DNA of 64,000 nucleotides from a virus (lineage: Duplodnaviria; Caudoviricetes), in IMG/VR virus record IMGVR_UViG_2974786931_000001, positions 32,001 to 96,000 of that record, one strand, 5' to 3'. Position 1 is the stretch's first letter, and each line of letters starts with the position of its first letter. The notes beneath the pieces are model-generated. The model was given only the letters and a program-made list of their open reading frames with translations, ran no database searches and had not been told where the DNA came from. A program made the position numbers and the translations under genes. This document shows, in pieces, positions 53,999 through 64,000 of the stretch.

Positions 53999-55951
53999 AT
54001 GGCAGAATTAACTAATTTCCAATTAACAAAAACAGCTAATGCTATTCCAGAAGTATTTGAAGCTGCTACATTCGATGAGATTAAAGCTAAGCTAATAGAT
54101 TGGCTTAAATCTCAGAATGAATTTAAAGATTATGACTTCTTAGGTTCAAGATTAAACGTATTGTTAGATTTACTTTCATACAACACATTATATATCCAAC
54201 AATTCAGTAACACAGCTATTTACGAAAGCTTTATTCGTACAGCTAACCAACGTTCATCAGTTGTTCAAGCAGCACAGGACTCAGGATATTATCCTGCTAA
54301 TATGTCAGCCGCTTCTATTAGTATTTTGCTTAAAGTATCTCATGCACTGAATCCAGTTAATATTCGGATTCCACGTGGGACCAAATTCTTGGCTTATGCT
54401 AAAGGTGCTAAAGCTGATCCATACGCATTCGTATCATTAGAAGACGTTGTTGCTGTAAAAGATAAAGATAATTTTTATTGGCCGATTGTTAAATTAGGTC
54501 AAGGCCGAATTATGCGTAATGAATTAACTTACGATATAAATTCACCTATTATTATCCGAGACCCAGGCATCGACCGTAGTTTAATTCGTGTGTTTATAAA
54601 TGGTTCAGAATGGACCGATTGGACATCCAAATCAATGGTTCATGCTGGAAGTATATCCACAATATATTACACAAGAGAAACCATTGACGGCAATACTGAA
54701 ATTTACTTTGGCGAAGGCGTTGCTTCTCAAAGTGTTGCTGGTGGTGTTTTAGAAAGCAATTATATTGGTGGTTTAAAACCATTTAGTGGTTCTAATATTG
54801 TTGTCGAATATATCAGAACAAATGGCGAAGCTGCTAATGGTTCTACTGGCTTTAGTTATGCGGATACATTAACATATATCAGTATTGATGAAGTTATCGA
54901 AAACTATGAAAACAATCCTGATTTCGTTGGTGCAGATGGCGGCGGCGACCCAGAGAATATTGAACGTATACGAGAACTTGCCGTAGTTAAACGCGAAGCC
55001 CAAATGAGATGTGTAACTGCTTCAGATTACGAATCATTTATTTCTGCTCAATTTGGCTCTGTTGTTCAGGCTGTTTCTTGCTTTACTGATAGCGATAAAC
55101 CTGGATATGCATTTATTTCTATTAAACCTAAATCAGGCTTAAACTTAACTGCGGTCCAACGTGAGGATATGCAAAACTATCTTAAAGAATTTAACTTGGC
55201 TCCTATTACGCCTTCGGTTATTTCTCCTAACTATTTGTTTATTAAGCATAATGTAACAGTGACGTATAACTTAAATAAATTACAAGAATCTCAACAATGG
55301 CTTGAGTCTAAAATAATTGAACAAATTGATAATTATTATACTGAAGATGTAGAAATCTTTAATAGCTCATTCAGTAAATCTCGTATGTTAACATATGTTG
55401 ATAATGCTGATAAAGGCGTATCTATTATCGGTAGTTCGGCTACAATAGAATTAGTTAGAGAAATTCCTAACTTTTATGCTACACCTGAAGCTGGTATTAA
55501 ATACTATAATAAAGTGGACTCAAAAGGCATTTATTCAAGTAACTTCCCGTACGAAGCATATGAAGAATTGACTTATGATGTCAGGATTGTTTCTACTGCT
55601 GCAGATGCATTAGGTGCAGGTAAAATGGTTATTGGACCATTTAGAGCAGGTGATATTGTTGAAAGTTCTATTATTCAACCTTACATAGGAACAGATTTCG
55701 AAAAATTAACTAACCAGGATGGTAGAGATACATATTTTGTTGTTGGCGAACTTAACTATTTTAGTGATTACATTTATTGGAACTTAGGTGCCATTGACGT
55801 TGATTCAACTAAATTTCCAGTTCAAAGCATTGAGTTATATGCTGAACCTTCTCAAGATAATATCTTTGCTAAAGATGGGACCTTAATAGTATTTGAGAAT
55901 GATCTCCGTCCACAATACACTACAATAATTATGGAACCTATTACAGGATAA
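53999..55951 (+). CDS. 6: Baseplate wedge gp6
   Basis: QNEFKDYDF.GSRLNVL, GGGDPE. Confidence 0.96.
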   Translation: MAELTNFQLTKTANAIPEVFEAATFDEIKAKLIDWLKSQNEFKDYDFLGSRLNVLLDLLSYNTLYIQQFSNTAIYESFIRTANQRSSVVQAAQDSGYYPANMSAASISILLKVSHALNPVNIRIPRGTKFLAYAKGAKADPYAFVSLEDVVAVKDKDNFYWPIVKLGQGRIMRNELTYDINSPIIIRDPGIDRSLIRVFINGSEWTDWTSKSMVHAGSISTIYYTRETIDGNTEIYFGEGVASQSVAGGVLESNYIGGLKPFSGSNIVVEYIRTNGEAANGSTGFSYADTLTYISIDEVIENYENNPDFVGADGGGDPENIERIRELAVVKREAQMRCVTASDYESFISAQFGSVVQAVSCFTDSDKPGYAFISIKPKSGLNLTAVQREDMQNYLKEFNLAPITPSVISPNYLFIKHNVTVTYNLNKLQESQQWLESKIIEQIDNYYTEDVEIFNSSFSKSRMLTYVDNADKGVSIIGSSATIELVREIPNFYATPEAGIKYYNKVDSKGIYSSNFPYEAYEELTYDVRIVSTAADALGAGKMVIGPFRAGDIVESSIIQPYIGTDFEKLTNQDGRDTYFVVGELNYFSDYIYWNLGAIDVDSTKFPVQSIELYAEPSQDNIFAKDGTLIVFENDLRPQYTTIIMEPITG

Positions 55952-55956
55952 AACTA

Positions 55957-58900
55957 ATGATACAAGCCCCAGTTGTTACCAGCTTAAGAATTGACAAGCT
56001 ATCAGCAAATCAGGTAAGTATCCTTTGGGACGATGTTGGTGAGAACTTTTACTATTTTGTAGAACTCACAGAAACAAGAAACTTCAACGGGGATGAAATA
56101 TCCCCTGCGAACTATCAATGGCGTTCATTAGGATATACGGCTGATAATGATTGGTTCGAAGAAGCATTAATTCGTCCAACAACATATTATAAAATGCGAG
56201 TTGCTGTTGCTGCTAAAGGATTTACACAATCTCTTTGGGTTACAACAGAAGAATTCCAGACATTTGAAACCAATGCCTATACATTTGACATGATGAATGA
56301 ATTCACATTGTCTAAACAATTAATTAATCGTAAATTTGTTCACGACGATAATTCATTTGTTGACTTTAACCGTGATTTAATTTATGCATCTTTAATGACA
56401 GAAGATTTCCAATATTCTTCAGACTACACTAATGTTAGCGCTGTTTCTAATTTTATTGTTGGCGAAGATGAATATCACGAAATTCAAGGGCCTATAGAAG
56501 CTGTTTGTGTAGATAAAAATAGAACAATGTTGATGCATTCTGATGGTATTCTTTATTTGTTTGAACGTTTCCAACCTGTTGTTAAAGTTTCAAATGATAA
56601 AGCTCAGAATTGGCATTATGTTAGATTATTTGACGACCGCGTAGGTAATCCAGTATCTAGAATTTGTACATATCAAAGTAATACAACAACTTATGTTATT
56701 GGCTATGATCGGTTGTTTTATGGCCGTCTAAGTAATGACACTCGTTGGTCAGAAGATGATGTTAGATTCAGTTCGCAAGATATTACATTTGCTAAAATTG
56801 GTGACCAACTTAATTTAGGATTTGATGTTGAAATCTTTGGCACTTATGCTAAATATCCAGGCGATGTTTCTAAATATGTTGAAGCTATGACTTGTAATAA
56901 TGATAATCTTTATGTTGTTGCAAGAGACACTGTTAGATTCATTAAACTAAAAAATGCTCCAATAGATTCAGACCCAGCGTCTCCAACATATAATGAAAAA
57001 TTATTTGAAGATGAAGTTCTTCATATAACTGGCAATAATAAAGCTGTTTGTTATAAAATGGATTCTATTGGTAGTAGTATATTCGCTTTAATAACTGGTG
57101 AAGTTAAAACGTATGGTTTAGACCCAACCAATCCAGATAACGTTATTAATTCTGAAGATAAAGGTGTCTACGTACTCCAGAATGACAATACTTTCAAACG
57201 TATATTTGGTAATACACCAGAAGAACGCGAACGTATAGAACACACCTGGGCGTCAATGAGCACTGATGGTAAAGAATTATTCTTTAGTGGTTCTAATTTT
57301 GAATTCACTGAATTCGTTAAAGATGACGCATTAATAGAAAAATACCCTTCAGTTGTATTTGATGCTATTAAGGTTGCAGAATATACACAATGGCATTCAG
57401 ATAAGCATTATCATATGATGACATTCAGGTCTAATGAAGACTCGGCTTGGGAATCATTTATCCCTGGTCCTATGAAATATTATGCTGAGCCTTGGTTCTG
57501 TTGGTCTAGACGTGATTCTTCTCGTTCATGGATAACAACTTCTGATTTAGCTGCAGTTGTGTATTCAGATTTGATTTATACCAAACCTGTTGAATTACAT
57601 GGTTCTGGTTCTCCTGAACGTGTAGTGCATGAAATTTGGAACAAAGGAACAGGAACATTTAAATGTCCTAATGTTGAATTCAGCGGTTTTATAAAATATG
57701 CTTCTGGTATACTTTTCCATAAAGGCGGCACTGGCGATATTTTAGGTTATTATGAATTTAACTATCGTGTTAGAGATGAAGCAATAGTTTTCTGGAAACC
57801 TACTGAAACTATGTTTACTGCTTATCTCCAAAGTCAGACTAGAGAAGTTCCATGGACACCTGAAGCAAGCAATAAAGAACGCGATCCTGATCTTCGTCCT
57901 TTGATTAGAACTATGATGCCAGAAACATATCTTACCGAAGATACTAATTTCGAAACTTTCTGCACGTCATATTTGCAATTCCTTTCTGATGGCTATGGTA
58001 CTCAATATAACAATTTGTTAAATGTTATTAAAAACAAGTATCCACGAGAAGAACATGCATGGGAATACTTATGGTCTGAAATTTATAAACGAAATATCTA
58101 TTTGAGTCAAGAAGCTCGTGACCAAGTAATTAGATTCTTTGAAGCTCGTAAAGCTGATTTTTATGCTACCAAAGGTATTGAAGATTCGTATAAATTCTTA
58201 TTCAAAGTATTGTATAATGAAGATGTGCAAATAGATATAGAATCAAAGAATACTGATGAATACGATATCATTGTTGATTCTAATAACATTAGTAACGATT
58301 TGGCCGGTAGAACTATATACACGCCTACAGGTCGTTGTAATGTGACTTATATCGAACGTGATTATAGCGCTGGCCGATTAAGATGGCGTATAACAATACA
58401 TAACCTAATTGGACGATTTGTAACTGGACAAGTTATTAAATCTGAACAAACAGGATTTGTTGGTACTATTATTCAAGGTGTTCGTGGTAAAGAACTTCTG
58501 TCTAATAACATCGATTACATAAATAGAGCACGTTCATATTATGTAATGAAGATATCTTCTAATCTTCCTACTTCGCGTTATAGAAATGATATTCTTCGAT
58601 TTGTGCATCCAGTTGGATTTGGATTTATTGGCATAACACTTTTAACAATGTTTATTAATGTTGGCCTAACAATGAAGCACGTTGAAACTATTATAAACAT
58701 AATGAAGAACTACAAATGGGATGCTGGATTACCTTCAGTTTATCCGGATAGAGTTGCAGTTTTGGATTCTAATGGTAATATTGAACATGATTCGGTTTCT
58801 GGCAAAGCTTTATATACTGCTGCTCCTGATGCAGGTTTACCTTTCCCACTTCCTGTAGATTATAATAGTGAGAACGACGATAGTATTTTCCAAGGTCAAT

Positions 58901-59055
58901 TACCTGATGAACGTCGTAAAGCACTGAGTCCATTATTTGACCAGTCGGCTGTTACATTTAGTTCATTTAGAGATTTAGTTGATAAACGTTTAAAAGATGA
59001 TGCTGGCAATCCAAGAGACCCTAGCAATCCTACACAGGTTCTAATTAATGAATAA
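55957..59055 (+). CDS. 7: Baseplate wedge initiator gp7
   Basis: 1032 aa; SLRIDKLSANQV, FVHPVGFGF. Confidence 0.96.
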   Translation: MIQAPVVTSLRIDKLSANQVSILWDDVGENFYYFVELTETRNFNGDEISPANYQWRSLGYTADNDWFEEALIRPTTYYKMRVAVAAKGFTQSLWVTTEEFQTFETNAYTFDMMNEFTLSKQLINRKFVHDDNSFVDFNRDLIYASLMTEDFQYSSDYTNVSAVSNFIVGEDEYHEIQGPIEAVCVDKNRTMLMHSDGILYLFERFQPVVKVSNDKAQNWHYVRLFDDRVGNPVSRICTYQSNTTTYVIGYDRLFYGRLSNDTRWSEDDVRFSSQDITFAKIGDQLNLGFDVEIFGTYAKYPGDVSKYVEAMTCNNDNLYVVARDTVRFIKLKNAPIDSDPASPTYNEKLFEDEVLHITGNNKAVCYKMDSIGSSIFALITGEVKTYGLDPTNPDNVINSEDKGVYVLQNDNTFKRIFGNTPEERERIEHTWASMSTDGKELFFSGSNFEFTEFVKDDALIEKYPSVVFDAIKVAEYTQWHSDKHYHMMTFRSNEDSAWESFIPGPMKYYAEPWFCWSRRDSSRSWITTSDLAAVVYSDLIYTKPVELHGSGSPERVVHEIWNKGTGTFKCPNVEFSGFIKYASGILFHKGGTGDILGYYEFNYRVRDEAIVFWKPTETMFTAYLQSQTREVPWTPEASNKERDPDLRPLIRTMMPETYLTEDTNFETFCTSYLQFLSDGYGTQYNNLLNVIKNKYPREEHAWEYLWSEIYKRNIYLSQEARDQVIRFFEARKADFYATKGIEDSYKFLFKVLYNEDVQIDIESKNTDEYDIIVDSNNISNDLAGRTIYTPTGRCNVTYIERDYSAGRLRWRITIHNLIGRFVTGQVIKSEQTGFVGTIIQGVRGKELLSNNIDYINRARSYYVMKISSNLPTSRYRNDILRFVHPVGFGFIGITLLTMFINVGLTMKHVETIINIMKNYKWDAGLPSVYPDRVAVLDSNGNIEHDSVSGKALYTAAPDAGLPFPLPVDYNSENDDSIFQGQLPDERRKALSPLFDQSAVTFSSFRDLVDKRLKDDAGNPRDPSNPTQVLINE

Positions 59056-60052
59056 TTCAAGTGTAATTTATCGTGCAATTGTTACGAGTAAATTTCGAAC
59101 CAAAAAGATGCAAAACTTTTATCAAACGGTCGGCGATGGAGCCGACCAAAATGCTTTGTATGTAACATTTGGACGTAGTAAACCATGGGCTGCAAACGAA
59201 AATGACCCTGGTTTTGCTCCTCCGTATCCAGTAGATGATACGGAAGGCGAAGTAGATATGTGGACTAATATGATGGGTTCTGTTAAAGTGTATAAAAGTA
59301 TGCTTGATGCAATTACTCCTCGTAAAGACTGGGGTGATATTGATTACCCCAACCCACGTAATTTCCAAATAGGTGAAATTATAGTAACAAATAGTGCTCC
59401 ATATAACAGGACCGATATTGGTTCTGGCTGGATGATATATCGTTGTATTGATGTCCCATCAGTTGGAATATGTTCTATTACTGACTTCACTAATAAAATC
59501 GAATGTATTAAATTAGGTGGAATTTGGACCTCATCAGTTGAAAGTATTTCTCCTCCAAGTGGACGTGGTGATACTGAAGGCAAAGTTGATATGGGCGACG
59601 GCTATTTATGGGAATATCTATATGAAATTCCACCTGATGTAAGTATTAACCGATGCACTAATGAATATATTGTTGTTCCATGGCCAGATGAAGTTGAAGC
59701 TGACCCTTCTAGATGGGGTTATCAAAACAATTTAACTTGGCAACAAAACGACTATGGCATAATTTATCGTGTTAAAGCTAATACAGTTAGATTTAAAGCT
59801 TACTTAGATTCAGTATATTTCCCAGAAGCTTCTCTTCCAGGTAATGATGGTTTCCGTCAAATAGCTGTAATAGAAAATCCATTAGAAGCTAAAGCTCATC
59901 CTAATGACCCTAATGTTAAATGCGAAAAAGAATATTATGATGTTATTAATATGGAAAGACATTCTGGGGAAATGATTTATATGGAAAATAGACCTCCGAT
60001 TGTTCGAGCAATGGATCAGACGGAGGAAGTGAATATTATTTTTGAATTCTGA
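59048..60052 (+). CDS. 8: Baseplate wedge gp8
   Basis: SVIYRAIVTSKFRT, GDGYLWEYLYEIPPD. Confidence 0.97.
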   Translation: MNNSSVIYRAIVTSKFRTKKMQNFYQTVGDGADQNALYVTFGRSKPWAANENDPGFAPPYPVDDTEGEVDMWTNMMGSVKVYKSMLDAITPRKDWGDIDYPNPRNFQIGEIIVTNSAPYNRTDIGSGWMIYRCIDVPSVGICSITDFTNKIECIKLGGIWTSSVESISPPSGRGDTEGKVDMGDGYLWEYLYEIPPDVSINRCTNEYIVVPWPDEVEADPSRWGYQNNLTWQQNDYGIIYRVKANTVRFKAYLDSVYFPEASLPGNDGFRQIAVIENPLEAKAHPNDPNVKCEKEYYDVINMERHSGEMIYMENRPPIVRAMDQTEEVNIIFEF

Positions 60053-60053
60053 T

Positions 60054-60077
60054 AAGGAGCCTTCGGGCTCCTTTTTT
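60054..60077 (+). terminator. Rho-independent terminator
   Basis: AAGGAGCC-TTCG-GGCTCCTTTTTT. Confidence 0.88.
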
Positions 60078-60079
60078 GG

Positions 60080-60087
60080 TATAAATA
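60080..60087 (+). promoter_or_regulatory. Late promoter of gene 9
   Basis: TATAAATA. Confidence 0.85.
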
Positions 60088-60120
60088 TCTATATTACTTA
60101 ATCAATTATTGGGGTACTAT

Positions 60121-60987
60121 ATGGTCACTCAAGTCGCTAAACGAGTTGTAGATGTCGGTGAACTCGGGAACGCCTCCACTGGTGATATTTTATATGATGG
60201 TGGAGTTAAAATAAATGAAAACTTTGACTCGGTATATAATGCCTTTGCAGACCAACGTTTATTCGCTATAGATGAAGGTGCAAATCTTCAATTAATTCAT
60301 GCTACTGGCTATTATCAAAAAACAAATGATCCAGCTGCATTTATTCCCCCTGTTTCAATTGGTTCTATGCATGACATAGATACTACAACAGGAACAATTT
60401 ATGTGAATCTACCTAAAGGTAAATTGGGAGAAGGTGTAATCTTCGTCAATTTCAACGGTTCAATTTCAATCGATAACGCTTTAGTTATTCGTCCTAACGA
60501 TAGATTTGTTGGCGTGTCTGGTGAATTAAAAATAACTTCACCATTTGTCAAAGTTGAATGCTGGTGTGTATCAGATTCAGGCGGCGTGTCTGTATGGAAT
60601 TATTCTATTGGTTCTTTGTTTGGGACTTCATATACTTCTGTTGATGCCACTTATCGTTTAACTGCAGCTACTCCAAGAGATATTGTTATTGCTCATAAAG
60701 ATGAGTTTAGAACAATTAAACTTTTGTTGACGGCTACTTCTGCTGATGGGCGTAAAGTTAAATCTTCTGAAGTTAATTTATTGATTGACCCAGTGAATAA
60801 CTTAGTATATAACACAGAATATGCTAGTATCAGACTTGGTTCTACTGACGAAGAAGATGAAATTTATACGGCTGATTATACTGTTAATGCCCAAGGTTAT
60901 ATTACTTTAACCGCAAGAACAGATGTTGTTGGCATTGTATTAGCAGTAAAAACTATTAACACTCAACGAATTGGGGTTGCTATCTAA
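60121..60987 (+). CDS. 9: Baseplate tail-fibre connector gp9
   Basis: DVGELGNASTGDILYDGG.KINENF. Confidence 0.96.
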   Translation: MVTQVAKRVVDVGELGNASTGDILYDGGVKINENFDSVYNAFADQRLFAIDEGANLQLIHATGYYQKTNDPAAFIPPVSIGSMHDIDTTTGTIYVNLPKGKLGEGVIFVNFNGSISIDNALVIRPNDRFVGVSGELKITSPFVKVECWCVSDSGGVSVWNYSIGSLFGTSYTSVDATYRLTAATPRDIVIAHKDEFRTIKLLLTATSADGRKVKSSEVNLLIDPVNNLVYNTEYASIRLGSTDEEDEIYTADYTVNAQGYITLTARTDVVGIVLAVKTINTQRIGVAI

Positions 60988-62813
60988 TGAAACAAACAAT
61001 CAAAATCGGCAATGTTGTTGATGATGGCAGTGGCGACTACCTTCGTAAAGGTGGCGAAAAAATCATTAATAACTTTGACGAATTATACTATCAATTAGGC
61101 GATGGTGACTTCCCACATGCAGCTGGTGCCTGGAAAACATGGGCATTTGCTGATGGTGTGTTGTTATCGCCTAAATTTGGCGAATCGTTTACTGTTAATA
61201 CTACAGCTGGTGAAATTTCAATTCAATTGCCTAAAGGCACACCAACTGATTATAACCACGTTATTCGTATTCGTGATATCTGGAGCACATGGCAGAAAAA
61301 TCCTATTACTGTAGTTCCTGCTTCAGGCGATACATTAAAAGGTTCTCCGGTTTCTAGAGAATTTCCTAACAATTTACAAGACTTAGAATTTGTTTATTGT
61401 TCACCGGGACGTTGGGAATTTATTGAAAACAAATATGTAGATCGTATTTCCAATTCAGATTTATCGACGATGGCCAAAAAGACATTTATAGCTACTGAAG
61501 GTCAAACAGACTTTTTAGATGTATTTGAAGGCCATGATTATAATGTAGGCAACGTTGAAGTTTTCCGTAGAGGTAACTTACTGTTCTGTCAATATGATTC
61601 AGCTGGACAATATGTAGAAGCTAATAGTGACTTTGGTTCTGTTGGTTCTGTAGTCGGTGAATTAATTGCTCCTAATGGTTCGAATATTCGTTTAAAATGG
61701 CCATGCGTTGAAGGCGAAACAATCCAAATCATTACATATTTTGATGGGATTGGCACTTGGCGTTCATCATACAACAAAGAACAAATTCAATTTATTGACC
61801 AAACATTGACTAATCTAGAAACAGTTCCAGGTGAAACTTGGATCGGTGATTTGTCTACTAAAACTGAATTACTTCCTGGTGATTTAGGATTAGCTCCTGG
61901 CGAAAGAATTAACCCATTCTCATTAGAAATTCTTTTGAATGGCCGTGAACTCGTAGAATCAGGTAATGCTGGCCTAGGTGAAATGGCTTGTAATGGTGCA
62001 TTTGGCGATACAGATTCTGAATGTGTGGCTAATGGCGGTATTTGGGAAGATTCGAATTCAGATTATTCTGTTGTTTTTGTTGCTTTAACTGATACTATAG
62101 AAAAAATATTATTCCCTAAACCATTTGAATCGGGTGATATTTTAACTGTTAAATGGTATAACAATAATATCGGTTCTACGATGACAATCGAAGAAATAAC
62201 GGCCGAAACAGACAAAAGATATCTAAACACTCAAGAGCCTATTAATTTAGTTAACCGGATTGAATACACTGATTTTAACAATCCTTCGCAAAAAACTTCT
62301 CGTCCTGTAGCTAACGAATACAATATAAATGTTACTACAATGAAAGGCATGTTTGATTTACTTTATCCAATTGGTAGCATATACGAGAATGCTAATAACG
62401 CTGCTAACCCAGCTGATTATATGGGTATGGGCATATGGACACGTTGGGCTGAAGGTAAAGTTGTCGCAGGATGGTCTAGTAATCCTAATGACCCTTATTA
62501 TGCTTTAAATAATAATGATTTAGATGTATCAAATATTCCTTCTCATACTGCTGGCGGTACATTTGGTTCTAACGATGTTAATTTAAATAATAGTCAAATT
62601 CCTGTATTAGAATCAGTCGACAAAGTTCTTATTGCTGATGATAATGGTCCTATTGTTGTAGGTGGATGTCAATTTGACCCAGATGCTTCAGGCCCAGCTT
62701 ACACTAAATATAGAGAAGATAAATTAAAAGTTAACGATGCCATGACTACAGTTAATCCAACAGTAGTTATTCAACCAACAATTACGGCATATCGCTGGAT
62801 AAGGGTAGGATAA
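60987..62813 (+). CDS. 10: Baseplate wedge / tail pin gp10
   Basis: IGNVVDDGSGDYLRKGG, YPIGSIYEN, QP.IT.YRWIR. Confidence 0.96.
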   Translation: MKQTIKIGNVVDDGSGDYLRKGGEKIINNFDELYYQLGDGDFPHAAGAWKTWAFADGVLLSPKFGESFTVNTTAGEISIQLPKGTPTDYNHVIRIRDIWSTWQKNPITVVPASGDTLKGSPVSREFPNNLQDLEFVYCSPGRWEFIENKYVDRISNSDLSTMAKKTFIATEGQTDFLDVFEGHDYNVGNVEVFRRGNLLFCQYDSAGQYVEANSDFGSVGSVVGELIAPNGSNIRLKWPCVEGETIQIITYFDGIGTWRSSYNKEQIQFIDQTLTNLETVPGETWIGDLSTKTELLPGDLGLAPGERINPFSLEILLNGRELVESGNAGLGEMACNGAFGDTDSECVANGGIWEDSNSDYSVVFVALTDTIEKILFPKPFESGDILTVKWYNNNIGSTMTIEEITAETDKRYLNTQEPINLVNRIEYTDFNNPSQKTSRPVANEYNINVTTMKGMFDLLYPIGSIYENANNAANPADYMGMGIWTRWAEGKVVAGWSSNPNDPYYALNNNDLDVSNIPSHTAGGTFGSNDVNLNNSQIPVLESVDKVLIADDNGPIVVGGCQFDPDASGPAYTKYREDKLKVNDAMTTVNPTVVIQPTITAYRWIRVG

Positions 62814-63487
62814 TGTTTACAAAAACTAGAGGTGGGGCTGAGGTCCCATCTAGAAAGGCTGATTATCTAGAATTCAGTCCAGATGGCGCACAAGCTATAG
62901 TTGGTAATAAAAATCCAATAGGAATGACTACAACTACGCAAACGAATCTAGGTGTTTGGTATCCTAATATTCAATCGGCAATAGATGATTTGTCATCTAT
63001 GTTGACAGGTAATATTGGTGATGTAGTTATTAATACAAGTGGGTTAAATCCAGCAGGTGTTCAACAAGTTACTCAAATAGCTTTTTCTGGTACAGCTTCA
63101 GTCCAAATATCTACTGCTCCAGGAACTATTCTTACATCAGCTAAAACTGTTATTTTAGGTTTTCCTATTACAGTTGATGATGGTGATACATCCGATCAAA
63201 TAGCAACTAAATTAAAAGCTGAGATGGACACATACGTATTGCAAAATAAAGTAATAGATAATGTTACTCAAGATGGCACCGACCCAGGTATTTTGAATAT
63301 CAGACATATAGATTATCAAAATCATGATGTAGAAGATTTTAATGTATATGGTGTTTCTGCTGTAATGACAGTAGCTTCTCCTCCTAAAGTTGGGTATGGC
63401 ACTTGGTTTAAAATAGGCCAAGAAGCTAAAACTTTCCCAGGTGGAGCTATTTCTTATACGCTCAATTATTTCCAGAGAATCGCATAA
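62813..63487 (+). CDS. 11: Baseplate wedge / short fibre connector gp11
   Basis: SRKADYL, PNIQSAIDD, GYGTW. Confidence 0.93.
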   Translation: MFTKTRGGAEVPSRKADYLEFSPDGAQAIVGNKNPIGMTTTTQTNLGVWYPNIQSAIDDLSSMLTGNIGDVVINTSGLNPAGVQQVTQIAFSGTASVQISTAPGTILTSAKTVILGFPITVDDGDTSDQIATKLKAEMDTYVLQNKVIDNVTQDGTDPGILNIRHIDYQNHDVEDFNVYGVSAVMTVASPPKVGYGTWFKIGQEAKTFPGGAISYTLNYFQRIA

Positions 63488-64000
63488 TGTCACAAAATAA
63501 TATAAATCATATTAGTGATTCATCAAGTTATGTGACATTTGACCCTACAGGCACTCAGTGGCCTGTAACGGTTGTTAATGTCCAACAAGCCCTAGCCGAT
63601 ATTGGTTCTTGGGCTACTGTATCTGGTGGATTACCTATTGCTTCAGAAACTGTTGCTGGTATTTCTCGCATTGCTACTAGTGCTGAAATATTAGATGGGA
63701 CTGATGATACAACTATTGTTACTCCTAAAAAATTAAATGAACGTTTACAATATCCTCAAGCAACTGAACTTCAATTTGGCGTTGTTAAATTATCTACAAC
63801 TGCCGATACGACTGATTTTGTAAAAGATGATGTGGTTATTACGCCATTGAAATTAGGACAAGTGTTTGATACTATTACAGCAAATACTGCTCGTAATGGG
63901 ACTGTTAAAATAACTTCTTCTCCACAAGCTCAAGCAGGAACTGATAATACAACAGCTACTTCGCCTGCTCGTGTATTAGAAATGATTAACAAATTCGCTA
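63487..64000 (+). CDS. 12: Short tail fibre gp12 (partial)
   Basis: TAATG coupling; MSQNNINHISDSSSYVTFDPTGTQWP...NVQQALA, with ASE..AG..RIAT and VTPKKL repeats. Confidence 0.93.
   Translation, partial: MSQNNINHISDSSSYVTFDPTGTQWPVTVVNVQQALADIGSWATVSGGLPIASETVAGISRIATSAEILDGTDDTTIVTPKKLNERLQYPQATELQFGVVKLSTTADTTDFVKDDVVITPLKLGQVFDTITANTARNGTVKITSSPQAQAGTDNTTATSPARVLEMINKFA

Overview
This window is a 64-kb segment of an AT-rich T4-like myovirus (Straboviridae/Tevenvirinae) with T4 gene order. The minus strand runs from a partial sugar isomerase through the replication and recombination block (43, regA, 62, 44, 45, rpbA, 46, 47, 55), then nrdH, 49, pin and nrdC. A long accessory region follows, then rI, tk, vs, regB, denV, e and nudE, a tRNA region (Gly, Trp, Arg and a CAU tRNA, plus a species-1-like RNA), and 57B, 57A, 1, 3, 2 and 4. 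The plus strand carries the baseplate block (53, 5, 5.1, 5.4, 6-11 and partial 12). The tRNA set and a YadA-anchor gene suggest a Yersinia Tegunavirus-like phage (inference from recall). The strongest candidate for an undescribed system is at 37.6-39.6 kb: four tandem paralogous micro-proteins, each ending in W-x-S-S-x(1-3)-C, lie directly upstream of an uncharacterised Pol-beta-type nucleotidyltransferase. Other points of interest are three unannotated structured RNAs, a passenger-less YadA-type autotransporter, eight internal head proteins with capsid-targeting signals, two counter-oriented accessory genes and several anti-defence genes (Acb1, Acb2, macrodomain, NADAR). An arabinose-5-phosphate isomerase follows gene 43, alpha-gt is missing from its usual slot, and nrdD/nrdG are absent from their T4 locus. 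All homology calls come from motif recognition and synteny; no database searches were run.
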